64,000 nucleotides of DNA from an uncultured Nitrososphaeraceae archaeon (GCA_963765895.1 CAVXZB010000047.1:55247-119246); one strand, 5' to 3'. Numbered from the stretch's first letter, positions 36,230-49,429 are shown. The notes: generated from the sequence alone by a model not told the origin. A program made the numbers and translations.

Positions 36230-36291
36230 TAAACAGGATGGCGTTAACGTCTTACTACTTTTAATGTAATTGAACGCTTCATAATTTAAAA

Positions 36292-37161
36292 ATGAGTTTA
36301 ATGATTCGGCCTATTGAACAAAATGATGTAGAGAGATGAGGCAGAATTGGATACCAAGCACACAAAACCATTTCTTCGGCTCATGGTTATCCTTCCGAGC
36401 AGCCTTCTGAAGAGTTTGGCATAGGGCTTATTAGAAGTCTTCTTGACAATCCAAATTCATGGGGTATTTTAGCAGAGCGACAAGGTACGATATTGGGAAG
36501 TATATTCCTCCATAAATTTCCGCCTTCGCCTGTGGCAGTAATAGGCCCACTTACAGTTCATCCTTCCGCGGAAGGTGGCATAGGTAAGAGATTGATGGAT
36601 GGCGCTCTAATTCAAGCTCATAAACAAAACCATGACCAAATCAGATTAGTGCAATCGCCGAGCCATATTCGTTCCTTCGTATTGTATACAAAGTGTGGCT
36701 TTATCCTTCGTGAGCCTTTATTTTTGATGCAAGGGCCACCATTAAAAAGTGGTAATAACATAAACAATCGCGGTGTACGCCTAGTTCTTGATGATAACGA
36801 TGTTTCTGTGTGTAACGAGCTTTGCAAGTCTGTAAATGGATTTTCAAGGGAAATGGAATTACGTCAAGCAAAAGACCAAGGCGTTGCCACTATGATAGAA
36901 CGAGATGGTGTCGTTACGGGCTACGCAGCAGGTATAGGTATATTCGGCCATGCAGTTGCAAAATCAAATGGGGAGCTGAAGGCATTGATTGCCAGTGCAT
37001 CTACAATTCTTGGCCCCGGTTTCTTTGCACCTGCTAAAAACTATGAAGTAATTAGTTGGTTGCTTGAGAATGGCTTTCAAATTGGTTGGCCTGCGAATCT
37101 TATGACTATTGGTCCCTACCGAGAACCACTAATGCCTTTTCTTCCATCTCTAGCATATTGA
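36292..37161 (+). pseudogene. GNAT family N-acetyltransferase with an in-frame TGA at 36337-36339
   Basis: MSLMIRPIEQND upstream and in frame; acetyl-CoA motif VHPSAEGGIGKRLM. Confidence 0.8.
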
Positions 37162-37164
37162 GAT

Positions 37165-37482
37165 CTAGGGAATACTTGAGTTGCAGGATTCACAGTGGCC
37201 ACAGTGACCCCCATACCAGCCAACAGCGACTCTCTGTCCGGACTTCCATTCAGAGACTACATCACCTCCTACTTCATCTATAACACCGGCTACCTCATGT
37301 CCTGGAGCCCTCGGATATTTGATTCCTGGAAATAATCCTTGCTTTGTAATATTATCGCTGTGACAGATGCCGCAGGCTTGGACTTTGATACGCACTTCCA
37401 TAGGACCTGGCTTTGGAACCTCTCGTTCCACAATTTCAAAAGGTCCATTGGCTTTAGAAACTTGGACTAAACGCATATACAT
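37165..37482 (-). pseudogene. Zinc-dependent alcohol dehydrogenase, N-terminal fragment only
   Basis: ACGICHSD, PGHEVAG, CGHCESC, then abrupt end. Confidence 0.88.
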
Positions 37483-37864
37483 TGTTCTTTTCCACCATAA
37501 GTCTGCATACGTATAATACTATAATAATACACTGGTGAGATAAAGTAAACTGAGTCACTCTATGGTAACTTATTTGGAATAACAATTTATGGCCTGGACC
37601 TATTGGCGAGTTATAATTAACAAAAATACACGAGCTCTAATTATCAAATAAACTCATAATCTTTATCCAAATTACCTTTTGATGTACTTCAATACCTGCA
37701 ATACAGAGCCTAAAAGACGTTTTCCCTATAAAGAAATTATATACATTAACATTATCAGTCATCATGCATGAACTAGGTTCCACTTCATTTATTAATCGCA
37801 TATAGTAAAAAATGAAGACAATTTATTTGAATGAGATAAGCTCTTATACTCCAGTTCCTCCTAC

Positions 37865-38170
37865 AGAAAATACGAGGTATTATATGGTAATGACAACATT
37901 ATCAAAAAGAAATTAGAGATATTCTCATGGGTTAAGAAAAGGATGGTAGGTTCACTTGACAGTGCTGGACCAGCAATTCATGTCTTGTATGAACCAACAT
38001 GGGTCTGATTCAGTTTCAGGAAAAAGGCGTAAAGATAAGAGTTGTAACTGAGATAACATCAGAGAACATTGTTTATTGTAAAAAGCTATTGGATGTTTGC
38101 GAGCTTCGTCATCTAGATGGAGTTAAGACTAATTTTGCAATAGCAGATGGAAGGGAGGTACTACTTTCTT
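37865..38170 (+). pseudogene. Remnant of a TrmB-like N-terminal sensory domain of the type found on Nitrososphaera histidine kinases
   Basis: EVLYGNDNII...KGVKIRVVTEITSENIVYCKKLLDVCELRHLDGVKTNFAIADG across frameshifts. Confidence 0.6.
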
Positions 38171-38821
38171 GAGAGCAAACAATTCGATCGATAATTTATA
38201 AGAAAGAAGATACATGACACAGAAAGCGACAGCGAGCAACTATCGCAGTTTTAGAGGAATATGAAATGATGAAGAGTTTTAGTATCGTTCAGAACCATCT
38301 AGACTTTTAAATAATTGATCATTATTGGATTATTACTTATGTCTGATGTATAGTATCAGACTAGTCGTTGTGATAATAGATTTTACGGCTGGTCTAGTGC
38401 TAGATTATAATAACTATATCAAATGCCATCAAATAAAATAAACTCTTTGATAAGTAAGTTACATATACTGAACATAATTTGGAAATGAAGGTATGGGATG
38501 GCATAGTGATGACGAAGAATTACTAGGAAAGAACAATACTATTGCTTCGTCGAGTTTGGAGTATAACGAGAATTCTCATCTAAGCATAAGCAACCAAGCA
38601 AATAGTTTCACTATTACCAAAGATGGCAGTTTGCTTATGATGAAGGACGCTACATAGAGCAATTAGTTACACAGCTTACCTAAATCTAAAAACATAACTC
38701 AATCCAGAATAAACCTAACTTTTCGAACTGTGTAAACCATCATAGCGGGCTTAAAATATCTCATTTTATTTCAATTTCTCTGCTGATAGTAGCAGACTAG
38801 TCAATACGTGATGCTGTATTA

Positions 38822-40573
38822 TTAAAACCTATTTGTTGCAATTGGTAAACTAAACGCAAACGTAGCTCCTCTCTCCTCCTTATTATTTTCAGCCCATATT
38901 TTTCCATCATGAGCCTCTACAATACTTTTTGATATGAATAATCCTAAACCTGTTCCTGAAAAGGATTTTGAAGCAAATTTGGAAAATAATCTTGGAAAAA
39001 GCTCCGAATCTATGCCTATTCCTGTGTCTTTTATGCTAACTAGCATGTGATTATCATTTCTTTCTGAAGTTATACATATTCTTCCCTGTTCGGTAAACTT
39101 GAGAGCATTACTTAGAAGATTAGATATAACCTGCGATATTCTTCCCCTATCTGCTTTTATTATGATATCTTTGGGTTCATATGATAATTTTACATCCTTC
39201 CAGTTATTCATCGTCACATCGTTTATACAGTGTACGATTATATCCTTAATGTTAAATTTCTCTTTGTCCAGTTTTAGAGTATGGCTTTCGATTCTAGTGA
39301 CATCTAATATATCACTAGTAAGTCTTTGAAGTCTAACAGCATTTCTTGATATCGCCCGCATGAATTCATCAGATTTATCGGGGTAGTTTTGTAGCAATTG
39401 GGAATATCCTAGTATAGCCTGAGTTGGAGTTCTCATTTCATGACTTGCTATATTTATAAACTCTTTTTGCATCTTATCATTAACTTTTAATTGTTCGTTT
39501 GCTGATTCGAGTTCTCTTGTTCTCTTTTTTACTTCCTTATCGAGGTTAGTATTCCATTTAATTAGAAAGACTACTAACACAGCGACTGTAATAGTAACGC
39601 CTGCAAGCAGGGTGAATATCTCAATCATATGCATAGAGATAATATTGTATATCTGTGAAAAGATTGTTGACGTAGGGGTAACTACAAATCCAAAATACTT
39701 TGGTTTTGATCCAACCATAATGGGATACCCAGTGTTAAGTCTCTCGCCATTTCTAAATTCATAAGTACCTGAATATGGCTTTCCTGATAATACTGTAGTT
39801 ATTATATTATTAAGAATCAGGTTATGTCCTGTAGCTTGTTGTGTATAGTTACCATAAAATGATGTACCAATAAATGTCTTTACAGGATGAATTAATTGAA
39901 TTGCGTTTCTGTCTAAAACTGCTAGATACTGCGACTTGATATCATAGATGTTTCCATAATGTTTAAACAAAGGAACAGTAGGTAACAAGGCTGCTACCAA
40001 ACCCAAATATTTTCCAGTATTTTCGTCTACAATGGGAAAAGTAATAGCAATTCTATATATGCCATCTCTTCCTAGAAAACCATTAGAAAATACTGGTGCC
40101 AGAGTGTCTTTTGTTTCTCTTGCCCATTGCATAGACGATAGGTTAATGGCACCTACAAATTCTGGTATATATTTAGCAGCTGTACTAGATCTTACTAGAT
40201 TATTTCTATCCAAAACTAAAAGCCTGTCTAGCGGAGCGGTTGAGTTTATCCGATGTAATGCTTTTTGCAGTACTTCTTCTGTTTTATTTCCTGATAGGTT
40301 TCCATGTTGCAACGTATCTGAATTAGCCAAGAGCTCTAGTCTTGACATTATCAAATCTAAATCTGATCCAATGTGACGAGACAGGGCTCCTACCGATTCT
40401 ATCTGCCGATCCTTTTGCTGTTCAAACAGACTTTTTCTGATATTCGTCTCAGTATTGTTCAGTATATAAAAGAATACAGCATATGATACTGCAATAACCA
40501 ATACTATAGAGATAATGGTAATCTTTGTCGTATTTGAAAAAAGGATTTTTCTAGCTTCATTTAGTTTGTCCAT
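38822..40573 (-). CDS. Membrane sensor histidine kinase with an extracellular Cache-type domain
   Basis: Two TM helices; H-box ASHEMRTP, N-box NLLSNALKF, G1 DTGIGI, G2 GTGLGL. Confidence 0.95.
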   Translation of the reverse strand: MDKLNEARKILFSNTTKITIISIVLVIAVSYAVFFYILNNTETNIRKSLFEQQKDRQIESVGALSRHIGSDLDLIMSRLELLANSDTLQHGNLSGNKTEEVLQKALHRINSTAPLDRLLVLDRNNLVRSSTAAKYIPEFVGAINLSSMQWARETKDTLAPVFSNGFLGRDGIYRIAITFPIVDENTGKYLGLVAALLPTVPLFKHYGNIYDIKSQYLAVLDRNAIQLIHPVKTFIGTSFYGNYTQQATGHNLILNNIITTVLSGKPYSGTYEFRNGERLNTGYPIMVGSKPKYFGFVVTPTSTIFSQIYNIISMHMIEIFTLLAGVTITVAVLVVFLIKWNTNLDKEVKKRTRELESANEQLKVNDKMQKEFINIASHEMRTPTQAILGYSQLLQNYPDKSDEFMRAISRNAVRLQRLTSDILDVTRIESHTLKLDKEKFNIKDIIVHCINDVTMNNWKDVKLSYEPKDIIIKADRGRISQVISNLLSNALKFTEQGRICITSERNDNHMLVSIKDTGIGIDSELFPRLFSKFASKSFSGTGLGLFISKSIVEAHDGKIWAENNKEERGATFAFSLPIATNRF

Positions 40574-41364
40574 TTTTATTGCTAGGCATTTGGAATATCA
40601 TCTCTCGTTATACTTATACCCTAGGTAATTTGTACGAACATAATAGCAAAACAATGCAAGATTTAATAGTAATTATCGCAGGAAGATCAATCATATATTA
40701 TATAGCTACATCTATAAAACAATTAATTATTTCTCAACACCGTTACAATTGATTAGATAGAGAATTTCAAGTCCAATGTATATCTAATACATTTAGCAAT
40801 GATTTGTTAAGGTCTTCTATATCATTATTTATAGTCATAATCCTATCTGAAGCATTACTTTGTTTATCTCAATAACTAAGATGAATGTATTTGAAAGAAG
40901 AGTGATGTAAAATAATAATTACAGCTGCTGCAGTATTGATTAAATTTAGATTAGCCGGTATCCAATTACTGTCACCATTTGATTTAAAATCCTCAGCCTA
41001 TGACTGCAGGAGGGATATTACCGTTTGTTATTAATTTATTAATTTATCAATAGTTACCTGATTTATGCTTAATACTTTTACCGGGTTATTATATCTGAGG
41101 CGCTGGTCGTTTTGTTAAATGAGCATATTTATTTTCTCTTTTCTTTCTTACTCTATGTACTTTGCTCAATTTATCGCAAAGTACTTATTTTATCACCTTT
41201 GGTCGGTAAATAATTAAGAAACTAATAACATATGAAATATTGACTAATTGAATATTGTTAAATGAGCATTTGACCCCCTGCTTATGGAGTTAAAGTGATA
41301 AATACAGATGGAAACCTGGCTGCATACGATCTTGGATCCTGCTAAAAGATTATTGTTTTTTGAA

Positions 41365-42282
41365 TTACGCTGTACTACTGTAAACCTTATACATTCTTCC
41401 TGTTTTTTCATTTAGATAACTCCAAATATTAGGACTGACATCCAATTCTTCAAAAGTCGACCTTTGCTTTTCATCTAATATATTATATGCTGCTTGGCCT
41501 ATGGTAATACCATTAGGCTTTGCCAGATTTGTCATTTTTGCTGCTACATTAATTGTATGTCCTAATATGTCATAATGTGGCTCTTTAAACATTATTTGTT
41601 TTCCTTCTACTTCTTTTCCTTCTACTGTGTGTATATCCCATCCATATTGTATTATTGCAACTTCTCCGATGTCTATTCCTATACGCACACTTATATATGA
41701 GTAATCAAACTGATTGAGAATTGGATTTATACCCTCCTTGACTACTTTGATCATAGATCTCGCACAATTAATCGCATTTATACAGGGCAAATAGTAATAT
41801 TCAGACCATTTGTTCTTTTCTTGATTTTGGGAACTACAATCATTGTTTACATCTTCTTCATCATTGTATCTATAATTACTATCAGAACCATTTTTGGCTA
41901 GGTTTGTCATAAAAAATGCTAAAACTGCATCGCCTATATACTTCAAGACATATCCACCATACAATTCTATCATAATAGACATCTCTTGACTAAATGTTTG
42001 AATTATAGTTGTAAGCCTTTCAAGTGGCAGTGTCATTGATAATTGAGTAGAACCAACAAGGTCAATATGTAAGATTACAAAGGTAACCTTTGATTTAGAA
42101 AACTGATTTAATATTTTGTTTGTTCCTTCAATAGAGATATTAAACCCTGGTCCCGATCTTAATGCCTTCCACATTCTGGTTTGTGCATTTCTGATAGCCA
42201 AATCAATGTTAACTATGGCATCAAGATAAAATGAACTACCCATAGAAGGAGAAGCATCTAATATTTTCTGTTTCATTTCCAA
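41365..42282 (-). CDS. Class III adenylate/guanylate cyclase domain protein
   Basis: IDLVGST, KYIGDAV, RIGIDIG, DILGHTINVAAKM; may extend upstream to about 42560 via a frameshift. Confidence 0.9.
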   Translation of the reverse strand: MEMKQKILDASPSMGSSFYLDAIVNIDLAIRNAQTRMWKALRSGPGFNISIEGTNKILNQFSKSKVTFVILHIDLVGSTQLSMTLPLERLTTIIQTFSQEMSIMIELYGGYVLKYIGDAVLAFFMTNLAKNGSDSNYRYNDEEDVNNDCSSQNQEKNKWSEYYYLPCINAINCARSMIKVVKEGINPILNQFDYSYISVRIGIDIGEVAIIQYGWDIHTVEGKEVEGKQIMFKEPHYDILGHTINVAAKMTNLAKPNGITIGQAAYNILDEKQRSTFEELDVSPNIWSYLNEKTGRMYKVYSSTA

Positions 42283-42978
42283 TTCCTTCTTCTTTTCTTC
42301 ATCTTCTTTTATGATCTTGTTAGCTTCTTCTTGGCTAATATCTAACTGATAGGCAATGACATCAGGTTCAATACCTGAATCTGTACAAATTCAGTATTAT
42401 CTGTCGTTGTTCCTTAAGTTTAGAAGGACTAATAGAATAGATTTTGCTATTGTTATCGTCTCGTTTCTGTTTGGTCATAAGGTAATTTCAATCTCATCTT
42501 CAAATATTCTTAGTACTGTGTATAACTTTTTGTGTATGTTATGAGTTGTACTTCCAGACATGGGTGACATCAGCATACACACATATGGTTATATTCTTGT
42601 GCAAATTGGATTTAGGAAGATATCTGATATTATAGCCACAGATCTACAGAAATCGAAATCTATCTCTGGATCTTAAGCCGGCGAATAGACTAATAATATT
42701 GTTTAAAGTCCACCAATTAAGATATACTGTGTAAGCAGAGCAAGGATTGACTCCTTCTACAGACAAAATGAATTAGAAACTGCGATAAAATATAAAAACC
42801 AATAGTAGTCAATTGAGGAGTAGCTGCTCACAGTCTACTGTCTTTGTATGTTTGCCTGGCTGAAAATCTGTAATCCTATTATTTCCGGGTCCCGCAATTA
42901 AAGTGATCTGCATCCGAACCTCCAGTAAACGCATATTTAGCATCGCCTCTAAAATATTTTTTCAGGCAATTAGTACAG

Positions 42979-43491
<513 letters not shown>

Positions 43492-43679
43492 GAAGCATAA
43501 CCAAAAAGTCTGAGGTCTAATTACTGCTTTAGTCTAATCAAGTTATATCCTATATTCACGTAAAAATGACTATTACTAATAATGTCTGTTTGAAATAATC
43601 AAAATATTGACTTTGGCTAAAACTTAGAGAGGCATTTATATTATGAAAGTAAAAATAGAATCATGAGAAGACAATTAGA

Positions 43680-44633
43680 GTGTCATCTAAAGGATCAGGA
43701 CAGCATTACGAATGGCAAATAGTTGATAAGGTAAGGGAAACTCCTGATACATACACATATTCTTTTTCACCCAACTCTGGATCCCAGAGATTTAGTTTTA
43801 ATGTAGGACAATCCGTCACGATTCGCGCATTTCTTAGAAGGCCTTTAGCATCAGGAAAGTTCGAAGAAGGCTTCGTTGAGAGAGCATATTCAATTGCATC
43901 ATCTCCGACTAGGAATTTGATTGATTTGACAATCAAGGACGAAAAACCATATGGCTATATTAATCCGGCGACCGGAAAGGCTGACGGTTTTGCAGCTTAT
44001 TTCCTCGAACAGACCAAGATTGGCGACAAGATTGATGTTCGGGTAAATCCAGCAAAAAATCATTTTTTGTGGAAGATCGCGGCTGGACTAGAGAATGATA
44101 TAGCCTACTGGTCAGGTGCAAACGGAATAGAGTCTGCCAGATGCCTTATTCAATATCTGGAAGATTCAGGGAATCCAGATATTCGTCTTACATTATTCTA
44201 TAGCAATCCAGCTTTACACGTCATCAAAGAGCAAGATGACGGGTCATATTTGAACGTAATCTATTACAAGTGGTTAATCGATATGGCAAAGAAAATAGAG
44301 GGTTTTAAGGTCATTTTTACGTTCACTAGAGATAATGAAATATTATCATCAGATCATCCCAGAATTATATATAGAAACGGAAGATTCTTTGTAGGTCCAG
44401 ATGGAACCAAAGAAAAAACTCTTTCAAAATATCATGGAAATATCAATAATACCGATAGAATTTTTAATCCTATATGTGGAAGCAGCGGTTTTATTAATGG
44501 CATAGTCAAGTTACCGAATGGGAAGATAGAGAGAGGAAAGGGAATAATGCAAGATCTGATGGATATTGAAGGTGTCAAACCAGAAAAAATTGATAAGGAA
44601 CAGTATTATCTAGAAGTTGTAGGTGTCAAATAA
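43680..44633 (+). CDS. FAD-binding oxidoreductase, ferredoxin-NADP+ reductase (FNR)-like
   Basis: RAYSIASSP FAD motif, SGANGI, LFYSN, ICGSSGF. Confidence 0.85.
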   Translation: MSSKGSGQHYEWQIVDKVRETPDTYTYSFSPNSGSQRFSFNVGQSVTIRAFLRRPLASGKFEEGFVERAYSIASSPTRNLIDLTIKDEKPYGYINPATGKADGFAAYFLEQTKIGDKIDVRVNPAKNHFLWKIAAGLENDIAYWSGANGIESARCLIQYLEDSGNPDIRLTLFYSNPALHVIKEQDDGSYLNVIYYKWLIDMAKKIEGFKVIFTFTRDNEILSSDHPRIIYRNGRFFVGPDGTKEKTLSKYHGNINNTDRIFNPICGSSGFINGIVKLPNGKIERGKGIMQDLMDIEGVKPEKIDKEQYYLEVVGVK

Positions 44634-44794
44634 AACGCTATATTTTAGATGAAGTCTTATCACATCAAGAGAGTTAATTTTTAGATAAATAAATTCATGC
44701 GATTCTTCAGGATGTGATTTCATTCTCGAGTATGGTATGAGATCAAATAACGTAAGATATTGGGAACAAAATTTGAAAATACGTAACTACTCGG

Positions 44795-45680
44795 CTAGGG
44801 TTCAACTGTAATAGTTACATATGAAGGACTGCTGACTGCATCATTATTATTTATTATTAATTGAAATGTTAATGTGGTGGATTCAGTGACTTGCGGCGCT
44901 TCAAATGTAGGTTTGATACTATTGTTGTTTGATAATGATACTATAGGACCACCTGCTAGCTGTAACCACGAATAATCTATTTTCTTTCCATCAGGATCGT
45001 AACTTTTACTCCCGTCTAAAGTAACGCGATCCAAAGAATGCGTATTCTTGTCAGAACCAGCATTAGCGACTAGGATACTCTCAGAACTCGATTCCTTTTC
45101 CTGATCATCATTCACATTATTAGTAGTTGTGTAAGTACTTTGCTCTCCATTAACTATTATCGGAGAAGAACTATATGAATTTGCAGTGGACTCTGTGCCT
45201 ACTACAACCTTTCCGTCAGAAGTATGACATGGGCCAATATTGCAAGGGCTAACTGGACAGGGATTTATTAGACATGGGTCAACAGCTTTATCGCATGGAT
45301 TTGCACTTACACCATAGCCTGTACAATGTTGTTCAATATGATTAGAATTATCTTGATGTATCTCATTTGAACGGCAAGAATTGATGCTTACTCCAAAACC
45401 TGTACAATGTGCCGCTGACTTGGCGTTGTTTGAATTGATATTATTTGGATGTATGTTGTTTGGATTTATCGTGTTAGGTTTAACATTATGCGGAAGACCA
45501 TTGGGAGAATTGAGATGGGGAGGACCAGTCTTACCAGGAGAAGGTACCTAAAGAAGACAGACCACCGAATCCAGGATGGATACCACCATTTGGTAAAGCA
45601 AAGACTCTGGATTTATCAATAAGTGTTGGAGTTGATAACAGGGTTAGAGATACAAATAACAAAATTGTAATTTTTTTTAA
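44795..45680 (-). CDS. Secreted Cys-Pro-repeat protein with a C-terminal PKD/K319L-like domain, frameshifted near 45550
   Basis: Signal peptide in ORF 45531..45857; open frame 45545->44795 with HCTGFGVS/HCTGYGVS and xPC repeats, then ANAGSD..VTLDGSKSYDPDG..YSWLQ. Confidence 0.75.
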
Positions 45681-46423
45681 AGATTTTGAACCGTTTTCAA
45701 CAAACAGAAAATTTGATGGATCGATATGTTTAGAACAGTCAATTAAGAATTTTTCAATATTAGATTCAGATTTAGCACTATTTTGCCCATATATATCATT
45801 TAAAACTTGTCTTTTAAAAACCAATTGGAATACTAAATTCAAATATATTAAGTACAATTATGGTAAAGATGAGTTATGATATATAGACTTTTACAAATAA
45901 TTTTTAGAGATTAAGATAAGAGTTACTCGCTTGCAAGATTTATTAAATTCATGATATAAAAATACTAATGCGGCTATTATTCGAATACATAGTAATCGCA
46001 CATAGAAAGTCTCTGAAAGCTTTAATGGAAAATCTGGTTGGAAATGATGCCCAGTGCAGACAATTGAGTGGATAGTAATCCAGCATTTATTCATGGCTCG
46101 AAGCCCATTCTGGATTTGCAGATCATGCAGCTGCCGCCATGCGCCTTCCTACCATTTCTGTACAATCCGCTAACTCTAATGCTAAATAAAGTAATCCAGA
46201 AGATAATGTGTGCGCGGGCACCAAAGAATGTGTGTTCCATAAATGAAAATTATTTACAATAGAGAGCATGGAATTTCATATATGATACTATACTTTTGAT
46301 ACCTGGCCTTGTGTTGGTAACTATATTAAGACAAATGAAAGATCTTCATATAATCCATATCGGCAATTAAGAGGAAGTTAGACGTATGCCTACGCAGTAA
46401 TGTCGTATCTAGATGTCTTGCAA

Positions 46424-46813
46424 CTACACACCATACTCATGACAGCGTGTACTTCCCACATCTGCTAGTCTAACGTTTAAATCTCCATCCAACAATTCTA
46501 AGGGATCGTTACCTATATTTCTTAACATGTATTCTCTTAATGCACTTTTGACCATATCTATACTATATTCACTTAGTACTGCTTGTCGTATTTCTTCAAT
46601 GACAAATACATTAGGACGTCGGCCATGCTCACTATTGTCAACACGATTAAGTTCATTATCTCTCCTGCAAAGTTCTTTCATGAACGTTCGGACTATTATC
46701 TCGTTCTCTGAAGATTCATTGACAACCATAGTACTTGTACTCTTGGTTATGTATAATCTGAATATAAAGATAAGCAGAGAGCTGAAGCGAACGGATTCAC
46801 ATGGCACAGGCAT
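46424..46813 (-). CDS. Hypothetical protein (start possibly about 46729)
   Basis: ORF with protein-like composition from MVVNESSENE. Confidence 0.45.
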   Translation of the reverse strand: MPVPCESVRFSSLLIFIFRLYITKSTSTMVVNESSENEIIVRTFMKELCRRDNELNRVDNSEHGRRPNVFVIEEIRQAVLSEYSIDMVKSALREYMLRNIGNDPLELLDGDLNVRLADVGSTRCHEYGV

Positions 46814-48611
46814 TATGTGTTTATATTTTTATCTTCAGTACCTTCGTATAGTTATTGTTAGACGCATTATAGGTCTTGATTATAATCATCAATTATCTGC
46901 CTAGATGATCTGTGTCTTAGACTATCCTGCTGTTAAGACCACTTAACAGATTGTTCGGTGTGCTTAGCCAAACCCGATTATATTCTTGATGTGATAGATG
47001 TTCTATACAGTCTTGACAAATCTTAGTCCGACACTTGAAGTAGTAAAGGTAGTTAGTAAGGGAGCGCCACTGAACCAATCAGATAGCACTACAATCCCCT
47101 ACTGCCAAACAGCGATAAATTCAATGAACGTTATAGGGCGCTCGTTTAATCTCGAAACGGTCCCCCACTGACGGCACTAACGTATCGGGTCTATGTGCCC
47201 TTCGGTTCAGGCCAATTATCAACACGTAATTGGTCTATATGTTGATTGCAGTCTCCCTGTCGTTAGACGAAAGGTGTCCCTGTCCTAGCTGGCCCGATAT
47301 ATTCTGGATGCATAAATTCGCTAGCGTATCTTATACGCGCACTTGACCACTACATCATACGTCCCGCCTCTTACTAGGTTAATCACACCTAGACCTGAAG
47401 TACCTGATTTATGGATTATACTTCTCACCCATTTGCATGTAAAAGCCCCTCTTACCGATACCCCCAGCAAGACTAATTATGAACTTATGTCGGTTCTATT
47501 ATTCCTCTGCTGTGTGCAAGGCTGTTAAATTCGATAGGATCATCTTTTTTCTCGTCACATGGCATGGTAACCACGGTAGAATACTTGATTAGGCCCCGGC
47601 TGATTAATTGCAAATTCCTGGGTGTGTTAGCAATTGAATTACTAATAATGACAATTGTTGTGCCGGTACAAGCGCATAAATGGACACGCCATCATAAGCA
47701 ACCCACGTATTAACCTTAACTTAGCGTGATCTGATGGATGGCAGGCAGGCAGGACATAGCACGCGCCCATGCCTTAGTTACAAATGAAGTGTTCTCACAT
47801 ACGTCTATGTATATGGAACAGTCAATCTATATATAGGATGTCTCATTTTCGACAATGTTTATAATGTGGTATGCTGCATATCCACTTAGAACAGTTTTTC
47901 CGATATAACTAAACCGGATTTGAATCAAATATTATCCGATATGTTAAAACTTGCTTATGAACTAAATACCTTGCTTTAGATTCATTAATTGCTACTATCT
48001 ATAGATATCGGAATTTGTACTGTCGCCAGATTGTTTCTGAGCCAGTGAATCTATCATAAGTAATGATAATTTTAGCGTTTATTGAGCTCAGATTAATTTT
48101 GTCTTGTATGTGCATAGCTAGTTTGGTTGGTAACGGGGAAGATGAGCAGACGCGCCCTCCCTTAATGTCCAAGTTAGATTTCCCAAATATCGCTAATGAC
48201 TTAGACGCTATTATCGCATGACGTGAAAGCGGAAATGGCGAAGGTAGAGCCGTATATAAATGGCATACGTAAGAGTGCCTTGGTTATGGAACTATCATCC
48301 GTCGAGTATTTGTTACTCCTTGCATTATCGGGTCTAGTTTATATCTATTGTCTTTGGATTTGGCATGGTCATAACACATATTCTGTAATCTTGATAAGCT
48401 ATAATCCTTTCTATGAAACAGTATTATTCTAAGCTAATCGTGTCTATCGCGTTATTTATGAACAATTTCTGATTGAGATGAATACATCACGATTAGCATT
48501 GAGAAAAATTGTACTATCGATAATCCATAATAGAAAGCGATAGCGTACTTTGCAATTAAGACACAACTAAAATTAGGTCTGGCTAGTTTAGCGCGTCTAT
48601 TGATTTTTGTT

Positions 48612-49013
48612 TTATAATACTGAGTGGACTCGCGCAGACTGTGTACGTCTACTATCCATCATGAGATATATTTCGGGTACGGAGTAAACAAATCCTATAT
48701 GAATACAATCAGTTTTCTCATCTAATAAACACTGTAACTCTCCATCTTTCAAGAGAATTTCAGCAATTCTGTTTCTTTTATTGTCTTTTATCAATATCCG
48801 ATCTTGATCGATTGAGATTTTTTCCATATATGGTCCATGTTTAGCAAACGTCTCATATCTTATCACGGTTTCTTCCATCAAACTAGTCATATATCCAGAA
48901 AAGCTAGTAATGCCTTTCAATTCGAGTTTTTTCTTATTCTTTTCATATGACTCATAGAATTTTTTGTAGACATTTTCACTTACTGTAATCGATTTAAATC
49001 CTGGTTTTGGCAT
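48612..49013 (-). CDS. Conserved thaumarchaeal-type hypothetical protein; RHH-like N-terminus, C-terminal C-x7-C-x-H putative Zn site
   Basis: MPKPGFKSITVSENVY...LQCLLDEKTDCIHIGF; ATG at 49013. Confidence 0.75.
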   Translation of the reverse strand: MPKPGFKSITVSENVYKKFYESYEKNKKKLELKGITSFSGYMTSLMEETVIRYETFAKHGPYMEKISIDQDRILIKDNKRNRIAEILLKDGELQCLLDEKTDCIHIGFVYSVPEIYLMMDSRRTQSARVHSVL

Positions 49014-49429
49014 ATTGTATACGTACGGTAATGAATTTACTGATATAAGATTTACGCAAAGTATCTTATCAATAATTAAGAATGCCAGACTATTTTCTGA
49101 AAACTCAAATCTCGTATCCTTCACTAAATCTTATTTTTATCATGATAGGCGTAGAATCCTGGACTCTTGTTTGATAATTACTTATATGCTTATATAACTT
49201 CACTTATCATATAAGGACATAGATTTTGATTTACAAATGACAGTGGAATGTGTATCATATCTGATATAATACTCTCGTCTTTACTTTTATCCTATACTAG
49301 TTCTGGACTGCTCATTCTATTCCAAAGATCTAAAACATGGCTTACGGACACGATGAATCCATACATCTTTAAAGTCCATTGTAGTCTGCAATAAATAATC
49401 GGATAGTAGCAGCAGAAACTTCACAATCC

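Noticed and set aside
1814-36339. In-frame TGA codons (1814, 36337) as stop-codon reassignment or selenocysteine
   Set aside because: Many intact genes here end in TGA and use TGG for Trp; no SECIS-like context seen; simple nonsense changes suffice
46915-47035. GACTA/TAGTC pair resembling group I intron P7
   Set aside because: The closing pair around the bulged A mismatches, no P4/P6 core is recognisable, and there is no host gene
48245-48280. GAGCCGTAT resembling group II intron domain V
   Set aside because: The required 3' arm (ACGTACGGTTC-like) and domain VI are absent, and there is no RT gene
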